IMG/VR virus record: IMGVR_UViG_3300045988_087221
Strand: one strand, 5' to 3'
DNA from: a virus
DNA: 64,000 nucleotides
Shown: piece by piece, positions 38,142 through 49,059 of the stretch
Layout: the number at the start of each line of letters is the position of its first letter
Numbering within the stretch: position 1 is the first letter of the stretch
The notes under the pieces: generated by a model
Told to the model about the DNA's origin: nothing
Databases searched by the model: none
Seen by the model: only the letters and a program-made list of their open reading frames with translations
Program-made: the position numbers and the translations under genes

Positions 38142-40727
38142 ATGGGATGTGATATAAAAGTATTAGTTAATAATTATGTAGACGGTAAATTATAGACTTA
38201 GGAGCAAACATTATTAAAAAATACTGATGAGGATATAGATATAAATAGAGCAGTTGAATTAATTACCCAATTGCCTAAAGCTGAACGTACTAAACTAGCT
38301 GCTCTTTTTAGGGCAGCTAGAGTACAAGCTTTAAAAGAATCAGATGTAGAAAAACATGAGTTTATTAGTAATACTACTCTTGGATAGCTTTAGGATAAAT
38401 ATCCAGATTTAAAAGAAGCTTTTCCTGATTTAGAGATTAATGAGAATCATACTATAGTAGCTTGTAATCAAATTTAGTTAAATGGTTCTAAGTATTTTGG
38501 TAGGGTGATAAGTCCTAGTGGTTCAGATATTTTCTTTATAAACGGATTTTATGGTGCTTAGGACTTATTTAATTATCTTGATTAGAGATAGAAAATAAAG
38601 AAAGCTGTCAATAACAACACACTTAGAGAAGATTTGAAAGAATATCAAGAGGAACTAAATTCTATAATAGCTAAATATAATATTACTGGGGAAAAACTTT
38701 TATTAGATTATTTAGATAATAAATCTTAGTATAAGCCTTTTAAAGATTCAAATGGAAATAATATAATTCCTTCTAAGACTCTTAATAATATATTATGTAA
38801 GATATAGGACATATATAATTCAGACATGGGTAAGTCAGACTTAGAATTAGCTATAAAGAGCGTAAAAGATCCTAAACATAAAAATAGATTTGAATATAAA
38901 CTTACTATGAGAAATTTATATTCGGCACTTTCTAATTATATACAAGATATGCCTTCTTTTTAGGATTTTAATAGTTTAAATTAGGAAGATTTATAGGCAT
39001 TCTTACATAATATATTCTCATTTGACCCTAATTTAATGAAAGCAAAAGTTTCTAAAATAATAGGTGGGGAAGCAAAGGAAGTTATTAAAGAAGCCGTAGA
39101 TAAAAAGATTCCACAAACTGAAATTAAAAAGAAATGGAAAGAATTATAGGAAGAGTGGGATAAATAGGGAGTTAAACTAGATTCTTTAGCTAAAACTATT
39201 AAGAACAGTCCAGAACAGGTAATTGGATTATTAAAAACAGCATTAGCTAATTTAAACCCTGATATATCTATTTAGGATGATAAAATATAGGTTAAATATA
39301 AAACTAAAGAAGAAGTATAGTAGAAAGAATCTGCTAAATAGTTAATTTTATCTTTTCCATATTCGTCCTTAGGTGAGGTATATAATTTTGGTTATGATTC
39401 TAAATATTTATTTAGTCCTGTAAAAGAAGAAGAAGGAGTTGATACTGATGGTATGTACCATGGAGTTTATATTTATAAATATTATAATCCAAGTGCTAAA
39501 GTTACTCACTATGCTATATCTAGAAGTATAATATCTCCTAATTCATATTCTCAAACATTTAGCTCTTTAGAAGCAGCAAAAGCTAAAATAGATGATTGGA
39601 ATGCTACACAAACTCTTAGAGAAGCAGGATTATACTCAATTAAGATGCACCCAACTGCTCCACGTACTTCTAAAATAGAATTAGAAGGAGTTAAAGAGGG
39701 GTAGATAATAACTACCCTGGATATTTAGCTACCTAGTATATCTAAGTTACCTGAAATATTTAACTAGGTATTAAATAGTACCTTAGCAGATTTTAGAAGA
39801 GTATTTCCTGATATAGAAGGTATTGAAACTTTAAATACCCCTGAGAAAGCTGCTGCTTTTGTTTATTTATTTACTAAGGGATTAAAAACAGCTGAAAATA
39901 AAAATACTGATATTAATTAGTTGATTAAAAGTAATTAGAAATTAGGTAAGGAGATAGTAGATTAGATAAATAAAGCTGAAACCAAAAGTTATCTAGTAGA
40001 AGAAATGCGAGGTAAAATAGCTACTCTCAAATATCTAGAAAATAACGGTAATAAAATAGATATTACTGGTAAATTTGGGGATGAGGCAGCTACAAAACCT
40101 ACTACAGCTTCAATGGAATAGGCAGTCCAATATTTTAATGAAAAGTTTGGTATAGCTATAAATACTATGTCTCAAACTGAACTAAATGACTTTGGGTAGT
40201 AGAATAAAATTGATGTAAAAAATGCCAGAGCCTTTATATATAATGGACAAATTTATATAAATAGTAGTAATGCTAACGTGTCTGATGTATTTCATGAGAT
40301 GGCTCATATATTTTTAGGGGTTTTAAAGGCTAACTATCCTGACAGTTATCAAGCGGTTATAGCTAAATACTAGCAAAAGCCTAAATTTAGAACTAATCTA
40401 GACTATATTAATGAAGCCTACACTAACTTTGCAATGTAGGATAAATTAGAGGAGTGTGTTGCAGATATGATAGCTGATTAGATGTTTTAGAAATAGAGTT
40501 TACTTAAAGAATTTAAAGGTCAGGATTTTCTAGAAGATTTCAAATTCATATTTGACAATTTTCCTCAAAATGTAGTAAATCCTATAGCTGAATCAGGACT
40601 ATCTTTTGACACGTTTATGAAAGAAGGAATTTCAGAAAATTCAGAAGCTATAAAAAGAAATATGAAGATAGCTAATTTAATTAGATAGAATATAGAATTA
40701 GGTAAAATAAAAGAATTTGGTTGTTAA
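38142..40727 (+). CDS. Virion-associated protein (861 aa) with an HExxH zinc-metallopeptidase-type motif; TAG-recoded
   Basis: ATG at 38142, TAA at 40725..40727. Track ORF 39453 is in frame. VSDVFHEMAHIFLG has HEMAH at 40293..40307. Confidence 0.65.
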
Positions 40728-43700
40728 TGGGATGTAAGTATAGATTTAATAACAAAGTATATAATTCGTATCAATCTTTAATAGAAGAATTTAGTGATGG
40801 TGATATTTAGAGTGCTCTAGCTATATTGTATAGTTTAGAGCATGATAAATAGACCCTGTTATACGATAAATTAGATAAACTTAAAAAGGAATATAAATTT
40901 TCTGCAAATAAAGAATCTCCTATAGATGATGTAGATATAAATGCAGGAAAGGATTTCACTACTTAGACATTTATTGATTCAGCTTACTTTAAAGTAGATG
41001 GTAGACCTCCTATGTTTCGTATAGATTTTGATAACGAATACTTACCTATAGTTAAAGAATAGTTAATAAATTAGGGATATACAGAATAGCAGGCGGAAGA
41101 TACTATAAAACAAAGAAAGTAGAATTGGGAAACTATAGCTAAAGATGCTGCTGATGCTCACCGAATTATAGTCTCTTCTACTAGTTAGGATGATGACAGA
41201 CATTTTGCTGGAGCTACTTTAAATACATCTTTACAACCAGTATTTAATTAGTTACATGACGTAGTTAACTCTGTAGAAAAAGAGGTACTTAAGAAAAATA
41301 GAGGAAATGGAGCTTATTTATTGAGGAACTTAAATGTCTCTGCTAAACTACGTGATTAGATAGAAAATATTATAGGACATATTGACTATTTATGTGTAAA
41401 ACCAGATGGAACTTTAGACATATATAATCTTGCTGTATCTATAGATAATGAATCTGATTGGGCTGCTGTTAAAAAAGAAAAGTACAAATATAAACTAGCG
41501 TTCTTAAAACGAATTTTAGCATATAATGGTATAAATGCTACTGATATTAGAGTTAATCTTATTCCTATAAAGGTTAAATATGATAATTAGTTCCAGAATA
41601 TTACAGGAATAGAAGCATCTAAGGCTATTAGCTATGATATGAAGGATTCTCAATATACTATGTAGAAATATGATAATATAGTAGCTAATTTTATAGATTC
41701 AAATATAGAGGCAATTGATATTAATGATGAAGATTTTAATACTATCAATACACAATTAGCAAGAATCTTTCCTAATTAGAGTATAGAAGTTACAGCGAGC
41801 GGTATTAAAGAATCAGCTAAAGGATGGGTTAAAGCTAATTGGAATATGATAGCTAAACCTTCAGAGGAAAAAGGTTGGGATATACTGCTCCCTGGATAGA
41901 AAGAAGCTATTCATGTAGACGATACTAGAATAGGTGAAAATAATGAACAGGTTGTAGCCATGGTAACTCAATTGGAAGATTAGTTAATAAATTCTACACC
42001 AGCATAGAAAGCATCTTATCGTGTAGTAGCAGATATACAAGCTGCCTACGAATAGGGACTGGATTCTTTCTATTGTTCCCTAAAAAATAGCTCTTTTATA
42101 CAAAAGTAGTTAAATAAGTATTTTGAATTTGATACTAGAGACCCGGATGGTAAACCAGATTACAAGTGGGAACTAATAGATAATAGCACTTTAACTAATG
42201 CTAATATATTATTATTTAAGCATAAAGTTACTAATTAGATTGATGTTGTTACAATTACTCCATTTGATGTTAGCACTAAAGTTAAATATAAAGGAAGAGA
42301 AAATTTATTAGGTTCTTATCTTACAGACTTAAATAATAGGAATTTTACAATGCCAGCTAACTATGGCAATATCGAAGCTATAAAGACTCTCACAGCTTTA
42401 AATTAGATATTACCTAAATTGCCTTTTACTCCTAAATTGGGAACCTTAAAAGTGGTGGGAATATCCAATTTGCATGATAAAAAAGGTTGTGAAATGGACA
42501 TATCTATGTTATTACCTCAATTTAAAACAATAGTAGATGTAGTTAAAGAAAATAATAGTTCACTAAGTTTAAATAATAACTTTGAAGGTGTAGAAACTAT
42601 AGATCCTTCTGAATTAATGATTCAAACTTGGAGAGAAGCTTTAAGTAGTCATCCGGAAGTATCTGAACTTAAGGAAATAGAAGATGATATTACATCAAAA
42701 ACTAATTTAGATGGAACTATAGTAGATGGTTTAGAAACTACTAAAACTGTAGAAGGTAAATTAATTAAGCTTTAGACTATTATTGACAAAATAGAGCATA
42801 TGGATAGATTACCTAAGAATCCTAGAAGAATCAAAGAGTTAATTTATTCAGCAGATAAAACATTATCCTCTTTAGCAAAAGTTTATATGTCAGCTTTAAG
42901 AGCGTTAAATATGTATAATGGAGATTTATCTCTTGAGAATGAAGCTTTTGGACAGATGTCTGAATATGTATTTAAAACTCAAAGTATCCCTAATACAAAT
43001 GTTCGTATAACTGGTTTTATGTTTTAGTAGGCTGTAAACAAAGTAGCCGATAGAGTTTTACATGAATATTCTCCATTACGTAAAGTTATGAATAAATTTT
43101 TTGAAGCAAAAGGATATACAGCATTACGTAATAGTACTATAGGTGATGAAGTGCGAATCTTTAAAAATCTTTACGATCCATATTATTTAAGTGTTGGGGA
43201 ATTAAAATTTAAAAATCCTTATGATGAAGCTAACGACTTAGATACTTCAGAAAGAGAATTTTTAAAAAATGTTTTATTTGAAATAAATAAAATAAGATAT
43301 GAAATGCGAGGTTAGACTTGGTAGTTTACTGGAATTAACGATTCGCATCTTATTGATTCTATTAAAAATACAAATTATTTGGATGTTCCTTTGGAAAGAG
43401 CTTCAATTGCTACTCGTAGAACTAAAATCAAATAGAGTTTTAAGGAATTTGGACAAAGGTGGATGAGAAGGATAACACATCCAGTAGATGCTTATAATGA
43501 ATTTATGGATGACACCCTTAATGAAGAAGAGAAAGCTGAAAGAAAAGCTGACTTAGAAAATTTACAAGCATATAACCCATTTAAAAGATCTGAAGATTCT
43601 AATAGACGAGCTAACTGGTTAAATGAAAAGGGATTGGATTACTTTGAAACTAATGTTGAAAATATTCTAATTGACTTTATGGAAAAGCATATTTAGTCTG

Positions 43701-45250
43701 TTGAATATTAGAAGATGTTAACTAGAACTAAAGGTATTTTACTTGATTTGTATTTAAAAGGAGAAACAGAAGACGATTTTAGAAATGTAGAACATACAGT
43801 AAAAACTATAAATGATTTTTTGTCAGTTTCTGTATTTAATCAGTCTATAATGGAACCTCAAACTAAAACTGTTGAAGCTTTAATTGATCCTATTAGAAGA
43901 GCTGTTAGTAAATGTTATATTGCTGGAAATGTAGCTGGAACTGTACGTGATACTATTCAAGGTTTATTTGAAAACTTAGCAAGAAGTATAAATAAGTATC
44001 AAACAGATATAACTGCTGCTGAAGTTCTTAGTGGATATAAGGAGGTAATAGTAGAAGGACCTCAAAATATTATGACTATTAGTAAACTTAATCAGTTAAA
44101 TCTTAAGTATAGATTATCTAATATGGATATTGCTAAAATTTCTGAGGGTTAGAAAACTTGTAGAGGTGGTATTTTAAATTGGGAAAACTGGGCTTACTCC
44201 ACTCTTTATGGACCTGACTATTTAAATAGAATGGTATTATTTACTGCACAAATGAAACATGATGGAGTATTTGATGCCTACTATATTAAAGATGGTTAGT
44301 TAGTTTATGATTGGAGACGTGACAAACGTTTTGATTTATATGCAAAAGGAGATAGAACAGATGAAGTTGCTTATTAGAAGTAGCGTTCTTTATACCTTAG
44401 TTTAATGCGTATGATGAATTAGGAAAATGGAACTAGCTTAACTGAGGGAGATGATTTACCTGATGCATATACTCAAGCTCAAATAACTTCATTTAAAAAT
44501 CTTGCAGACAGTATATATGGAGCATATAACTAGAGTACTAAAGCTAAATATGAGAACATTGCAATAGGTCGTAATTTTGCAGTTTTTTCTACATGGATGA
44601 ATGGTTTAATAGATAATTATGGAAAATCAAGACAAATCTCAAATAGTTCTTATCATGCAGAGCAAGAAACTAGAAACGGTAAACCTCTATACTGGAATAA
44701 ATATGGGGAAGCAGTAACCTTAGAAGAAGGTGGTGATGAAAATACTCCTGTAGTTAAATATGTTCCAGATATGGTCCAAGGAATAATTTATACAATAGCT
44801 GATACTCTTAAAGAATTTCATTATAATGGTATAGATGGTTTTAAAGAAAACATTTGGAATAATAAAGTACAATAGGCTAACTTACGTAAATTATTCTCTG
44901 ATTTATTAGTTAGTCTGATAGTAGCAGGTCTATTTGGATTAGTATTTAATCCTATGTATAAAGACCATAAGAAAAATGCAGATGGTTAGAACTTAATAGG
45001 TAATGCAATTACTGAACTTATATATAAAGGAGGTCATAGTGCTTTTGACGGATTTAAAGGACCATTAGCAGTATTAGACTATTTAGGTAATTCTACTAAT
45101 CCTGCTACCTATAAATTATAGTCTAAAATAATTAATGATATGTGGAACTTAGTTACTGGAAATAAATCTTTAGGAGAAACAGTAATGAATTCACAAGCAT
45201 TATTTAGAAGTTTTCAAGATACTTATAAATTATGGGCTAAAAATCAATAA
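40727..45250 (+). CDS. Large virion-associated protein (1507 aa) with a C-terminal hydrophobic helix; TAG-recoded
   Basis: ATG at 40727 (TAATG coupling), TAA at 45248..45250. Track ORFs 42419, 42800, 43088, 43463, 43715 and 44597 are all in frame 2. A predicted helix LLVSLIVAGLFGLVF lies near 44900. Confidence 0.65.
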
Positions 45251-45258
45251 TTATTTTT

Positions 45259-45444
45259 ATGAAACCTAGAGACAATTTATCTACTAAATATCCTAGATGT
45301 CATTATAATAAATTAGGTAAAACTAAAATGACATTTGATACCACAGATTTAGCTGAGAAATATCTTAAAAAGATGCACTTAGATACTTATACTATTTATC
45401 AATGTACTTATTGTAATAAGTATCATATATCACACATAAATTAA
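45259..45444 (+). CDS. Small Cys/His-rich protein (61 aa), possible zinc-binding; the only + strand gene without TAG
   Basis: Intact ORF 8 nt after the preceding stop. It contains RCHY...CTYCNKYH. TAA stop. Confidence 0.5.
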   Translation: MKPRDNLSTKYPRCHYNKLGKTKMTFDTTDLAEKYLKKMHLDTYTIYQCTYCNKYHISHIN

Positions 45445-45449
45445 AAAAA

Positions 45450-45483
45450 TAGGGACAAGCTAGCATTTGCTAACTCACCCCTA
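45450..45483. terminator. Imperfect hairpin in the convergent gap
   Basis: TAGGG (45450..45454) pairs with CCCTA (45479..45483). An inner stem 45458..45464 / 45469..45475 has one mismatch. Confidence 0.35.
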
Positions 45484-45494
45484 TAAAGTAAAAA

Positions 45495-45534
45495 AAGGGC
45501 AAGCCAATGGATTTTACTCCACTGACCTGCCCTT
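45495..45534. terminator. Candidate bidirectional intrinsic terminator between the convergent modules
   Basis: AAGGGCA (45495..45501) pairs with TGCCCTT (45528..45534), and the inner part pairs partially. An A-run lies upstream, which is a T-run for - strand transcripts. T-rich TTAATTATTATTTATTAT lies downstream for + strand transcripts. Confidence 0.55.
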
Positions 45535-45539
45535 AATTA

Positions 45540-45752
45540 TTATTTATTATACCATATTACATGTGTATATTCCATATTTTTGTTTTTATCTTCATCTAAT
45601 GTGAAGGAAGAAGGAGATAACCATTTATGGGTCCAATCTCCATTCTCATTAGAATACTGTCCCTCACCGTCAGAATCTATAAACAATCCATCCTCAACGC
45701 GCTCTCTAAATTCATCTCTAGTATAGAGATTTCCATTATTTAACTTTTTCAT
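45540..45752 (-). CDS. Hypothetical protein (70 aa)
   Basis: Intact ORF with a TAA stop. It is the last gene of the - strand module and abuts the next ORF. Confidence 0.6.
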   Translation of the reverse strand: MKKLNNGNLYTRDEFRERVEDGLFIDSDGEGQYSNENGDWTHKWLSPSSFTLDEDKNKNMEYTHVIWYNK

Positions 45753-45753
45753 A

Positions 45754-46068
45754 TTAATTATTTTGTAATTGTCTTATCCTCTCTTGACATATATGAATAA
45801 TCTTTTCATAATCTTCTATTCTAGCTTCACTCTCAGTCTTTCCTTGTAATACTTTAGTTCTATATATACGTTTAACTACATCAGCATCCCAAGGATTTAG
45901 TTTCCAATCTTGCCATACCGACCAAGGTTGAATTATTGATTTAGAATAGTTACTTTCTCCAATATTTTTATCTCTTACATTAGAATCATCTGGAAGTATT
46001 CCAATCTTTTGCAAATATTTAAAAAGATTAAGATTATTATTTATATATTCAGGAGTTATTAACTGCAT
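45754..46068 (-). CDS. DUF3310-like phage protein (104 aa)
   Basis: ESNYSKSIIQPWSVWQDWKLNPWDADVVKRIYRTK resembles the DUF3310 pattern (nYy...iqp.dvi..w.l.f..gnviKYi.R). Recognised by eye only. Confidence 0.55.
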   Translation of the reverse strand: MQLITPEYINNNLNLFKYLQKIGILPDDSNVRDKNIGESNYSKSIIQPWSVWQDWKLNPWDADVVKRIYRTKVLQGKTESEARIEDYEKIIHICQERIRQLQNN

Positions 46069-46640
46069 TATTTAATATGTACTTTATAATGAATTTTATC
46101 TAATAATTCTGCCAGATTTACAGGTGTGAAGTTATTATTATCTACACCTACATCATACTGATTATCAAAATAATCCCATGGTTTATTCGGTGTGCTATGC
46201 ACATGACCATGTAATTGAATTATAGGACGATTGGTAGCTGGATCGGGCAGAGAACCAAAGGGGAAGTGATTAAGAATTATAGTTTTCTTCTCCACTTTAA
46301 TTACCTCTTCCCAAAAGAGGTCTGTAATCAAACGGTCTTCATTACCTAATTTTAGCATAAGGTCAAGGTTATCGTGATTACCCATGATAATCTTGATACA
46401 CCCGTTTAGATGCCTTAAAATATTTGGGATAAGTGATTTATCGCCTAAAGCAAAATCTCCCAAATGATAGACTGTATCATACTCAGAAACTACTTTATTC
46501 CAATTTGCTATTATAGTTTCATTCATTTCCTCTACTGAAGAAAATGGACGATTACAATACTTAATTATATTAGTATGATTAAAATGGGTATCTGAAGTTA
46601 CCCAAATATGTTTTGCTTCTTCTTTTGTATATTTGATCAT
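46068..46640 (-). CDS. Calcineurin-like metallophosphoesterase (190 aa)
   Basis: Motifs SDTHFNH, HLGDF, GNHD and HGHVH appear in canonical order. Confidence 0.85.
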   Translation of the reverse strand: MIKYTKEEAKHIWVTSDTHFNHTNIIKYCNRPFSSVEEMNETIIANWNKVVSEYDTVYHLGDFALGDKSLIPNILRHLNGCIKIIMGNHDNLDLMLKLGNEDRLITDLFWEEVIKVEKKTIILNHFPFGSLPDPATNRPIIQLHGHVHSTPNKPWDYFDNQYDVGVDNNNFTPVNLAELLDKIHYKVHIK

Positions 46641-46651
46641 TTATAATATAT

Positions 46652-47371
46652 TTATTTCTTGAAATAAAAGCAAATATTAGGTCTACCATAAACCCAACTT
46701 GTATCTATACTATAAAGGTACTTAATTTTACCACTTTGTGTATTGATAACATCATAGTTGATTCCACGACCTACTCCTATTATATTTGTTATTTGTCTTT
46801 TATTCCAAATGTTTCCATAATATCCAGCACCTGGATAAAAATCTATATAGATAGTTTTTTCGCCCTCTCTTAATAAATATTTACCAATACACTGCGGAAC
46901 TCTTGATTCTATTAAAGCTTTAATTAAAGGTCTTAAATATAATTTATTAAATCTTTTCTGATTCTCGTTATATTTATTAATTACTTGATAGTTACTCTTT
47001 TTAACAGGCTTCTTGTAATTAAGAATACCATTAGTTACATAAAACCCGCCACATTGAGAATCTATATCTTCTTTATTTTGAATAAAGCTATAAAATTCTT
47101 CTTTAGGATTAAATTTACTCAGATTATTACATCTAGACAGAAACTTAGAAAACACTTTATTAACTGGATGCCCTACATTGCATTTTAAAAATTTTTCAAA
47201 ATCACCATTAATATAGGTATAGTCATCATCGTTCCAATTATGCTTACAATACCCCCATTCTTTTAAATTTCTAGGAATAGCTGTAAAATCCTTAAACTTA
47301 TATCTAGGAAATTTCTTATGAGTTCTTTTACTTTTAGTACTACTTCTTTTTAAACCGAATGTTAATGTCAT
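46652..47371 (-). CDS. Hypothetical protein (239 aa), basic N-terminus
   Basis: Intact ORF with a TAA stop. No motif recognised. Confidence 0.7.
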   Translation of the reverse strand: MTLTFGLKRSSTKSKRTHKKFPRYKFKDFTAIPRNLKEWGYCKHNWNDDDYTYINGDFEKFLKCNVGHPVNKVFSKFLSRCNNLSKFNPKEEFYSFIQNKEDIDSQCGGFYVTNGILNYKKPVKKSNYQVINKYNENQKRFNKLYLRPLIKALIESRVPQCIGKYLLREGEKTIYIDFYPGAGYYGNIWNKRQITNIIGVGRGINYDVINTQSGKIKYLYSIDTSWVYGRPNICFYFKK

Positions 47372-47422
47372 AATAGTTTTATATTAATGTTCTCTGCTTC
47401 TCCTACTTTCTTATTAGAAATT

Positions 47423-47764
47423 TTAGTCAAGTTCTTTTAAAACAAAGCACTTAATTTCACCTTCAATTTCATAGAATACAACATCAAATGTATTTAAATA
47501 TGCAGCTGCACCAGACATTGAAGGACATTCTTCCTATTCTTTTAAACATCCCTCTAATGTTTGGATTACATATCCAGACATTTGATCAGGACCTCCAAAA
47601 TTATAATGATCACCATCCAGAAAGGTGAAACCTCCTTCAAATTCTACTAACTCATCTTTAATTTTAGGACATAATCCACGTTCAAAAATAAACTTATTAG
47701 AGAAGTACATAATTAATATTGACTTAGCTAAATCTAAATCACATACATAACCATCTTCATTCAT
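47423..47764 (-). CDS. Hypothetical protein, 113 aa if the in-frame TAG (47534..47536) is read through; 76 aa otherwise
   Basis: The track ORF 47534..47764 is the only - strand ORF that ends in TAG. The same frame continues QEECPSMSGAAAYLNTFDVVFYEIEGEIKCFVLKELD to TAA at 47423..47425. Confidence 0.5.
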
Positions 47765-47784
47765 ATTAATTAGTTATTAATTAA

Positions 47785-48159
47785 TTACACATATATAACT
47801 GTAGTTACCTCTTTTGGAAATACTTCTATTAAATCTGTGTCTTCATCTACCTTGTCTTTAAAACTCCAATATGGAGTTTGATAATAGTCAAAAGAATAAT
47901 ACTTATTATTAACTTTTACAATTGCTTTGTATTCAGTATAACCTTTTTCTAAATCAATATCAAGAATAGTATATTCGAGGTCTATTGCCTGTATATATGA
48001 ATATAATTTTTTTAAATAATCATATACTTCATCTGAGTTATGGGATTCACAAAATTCTAAATATTTGTCTGCGATATCATCAGGCATATAGTCTTCTATT
48101 TCTTCCCACCCATAATTTATATTAAGTATGTAATAATATTCGTCTAGTCTTAATTTCAT
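47785..48159 (-). CDS. Hypothetical acidic protein (124 aa)
   Basis: Intact ORF with an ATGA overlap to the upstream gene. Confidence 0.7.
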   Translation of the reverse strand: MKLRLDEYYYILNINYGWEEIEDYMPDDIADKYLEFCESHNSDEVYDYLKKLYSYIQAIDLEYTILDIDLEKGYTEYKAIVKVNNKYYSFDYYQTPYWSFKDKVDEDTDLIEVFPKEVTTVIYV

Positions 48160-48671
48160 AATTCCAAAAAGTCTCTAACGTCAATATAATCTATGCCAAA
48201 ATTTTCAGCACATTTCTTATCTGAGTCTGAAAAATCTCCAGGTTTACCAGAGGCATCACCTATCATAATACATTCATCTTTAGATTCTACTTTATACTGA
48301 TAGTATAATTGTTCTAACATTCCAGTATTAGGTTTTCGATAAGTATCATTCTTATCCATAGAACAACAATACAAGTTATCACTATAGGAAAAATTATTAA
48401 GGTTATTAATAAAATAACCATGACATATACCTTCTACAGCCCATATCTTATAATTAAAAATACGTTTATCTGTAAGAGTCTTTAAACCTCCTTGATTACT
48501 TACTATAAAAAACATCTTGAGATTAGACATCTTTTCTATTATTTTATCTAATACAGGAAGTTGTACTCTAAAATCAGTAATATCTTCAGGAAATGTTTTA
48601 CCTGATACAGTTTTAATTAAAGTACTGTCCAAATCAATGAACAGCACTTTTTTAGTTTCAAAATCAATCAT
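48156..48671 (-). CDS. HAD-superfamily polynucleotide 3'-phosphatase (PNK3P-like, 171 aa)
   Basis: Motifs are FIDLDSTLI (DxDxT), VSNQGG and IGDASGKPGDFSDSDKKCAENFGIDY. This is the pattern of DNA/RNA 3'-phosphatase domains of Pnkp-type enzymes. Confidence 0.75.
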   Translation of the reverse strand: MIDFETKKVLFIDLDSTLIKTVSGKTFPEDITDFRVQLPVLDKIIEKMSNLKMFFIVSNQGGLKTLTDKRIFNYKIWAVEGICHGYFINNLNNFSYSDNLYCCSMDKNDTYRKPNTGMLEQLYYQYKVESKDECIMIGDASGKPGDFSDSDKKCAENFGIDYIDVRDFLEL

Positions 48672-49057
48672 TCACAATATTGCTTAATTAATACTTCATC
48701 AGTTATGGCATCCTTTTGATAACCAGTATTAAGTTCTTTCATAGCCAAGCTATAACCCTCCCAATTATCAACTCCTTTAGCCTCTAAAGCCTCTAACTTT
48801 TCGGAATTTTGAATTAACATTAAGAGAACCTTCTTATCTATGAATGCTTTGTCATTTGATAAGTTAACAGAAGATAACTCGCTTTTACCCCACGGTATAT
48901 ATTCTTCCTCTCCTTCAGAATTTTTAGGTAGCATATCTTGATAACCATCCCATAATGGACAAGTCATTCCGGCAACCCAATCTAATATATCGTGCGCTGA
49001 TAAAAAACTAGTATTATCATTAACTAAATATTCAAAAACTTCAGTTACTTTATACAT
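48668..49057 (-). CDS. Hypothetical protein (129 aa), paralogous N-terminus with 49060..49251
   Basis: Compare MYKVTEVFEYLVNDN...PWGKSELSSVN with MYKIIETFEYYVENP...PWGNSNIRVIN in the neighbour. Confidence 0.7.
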   Translation of the reverse strand: MYKVTEVFEYLVNDNTSFLSAHDILDWVAGMTCPLWDGYQDMLPKNSEGEEEYIPWGKSELSSVNLSNDKAFIDKKVLLMLIQNSEKLEALEAKGVDNWEGYSLAMKELNTGYQKDAITDEVLIKQYCE

Positions 49058-49059
49058 TT

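Noticed and set aside
1-45250. The + strand ORF fragmentation could mean a decayed, pseudogenised prophage region or poor assembly.
   Set aside because: The interruptions are exclusively TAG. No frameshifts are needed, and same-frame runs extend for up to 10 kb. Genes end cleanly in TAA/TGA with coupled starts, and TAG sits at invariant Gln positions of conserved motifs. Random decay would produce all three stop codons plus indels.
45445-45539. The structured 95-nt gap between the modules could hide a suppressor tRNA.
   Set aside because: I could fold no cloverleaf. There is no GTTCGAATC-like T-arm or conserved D-arm, and the acceptor-stem pairing is absent. The two hairpins with flanking A/T runs fit terminators better.
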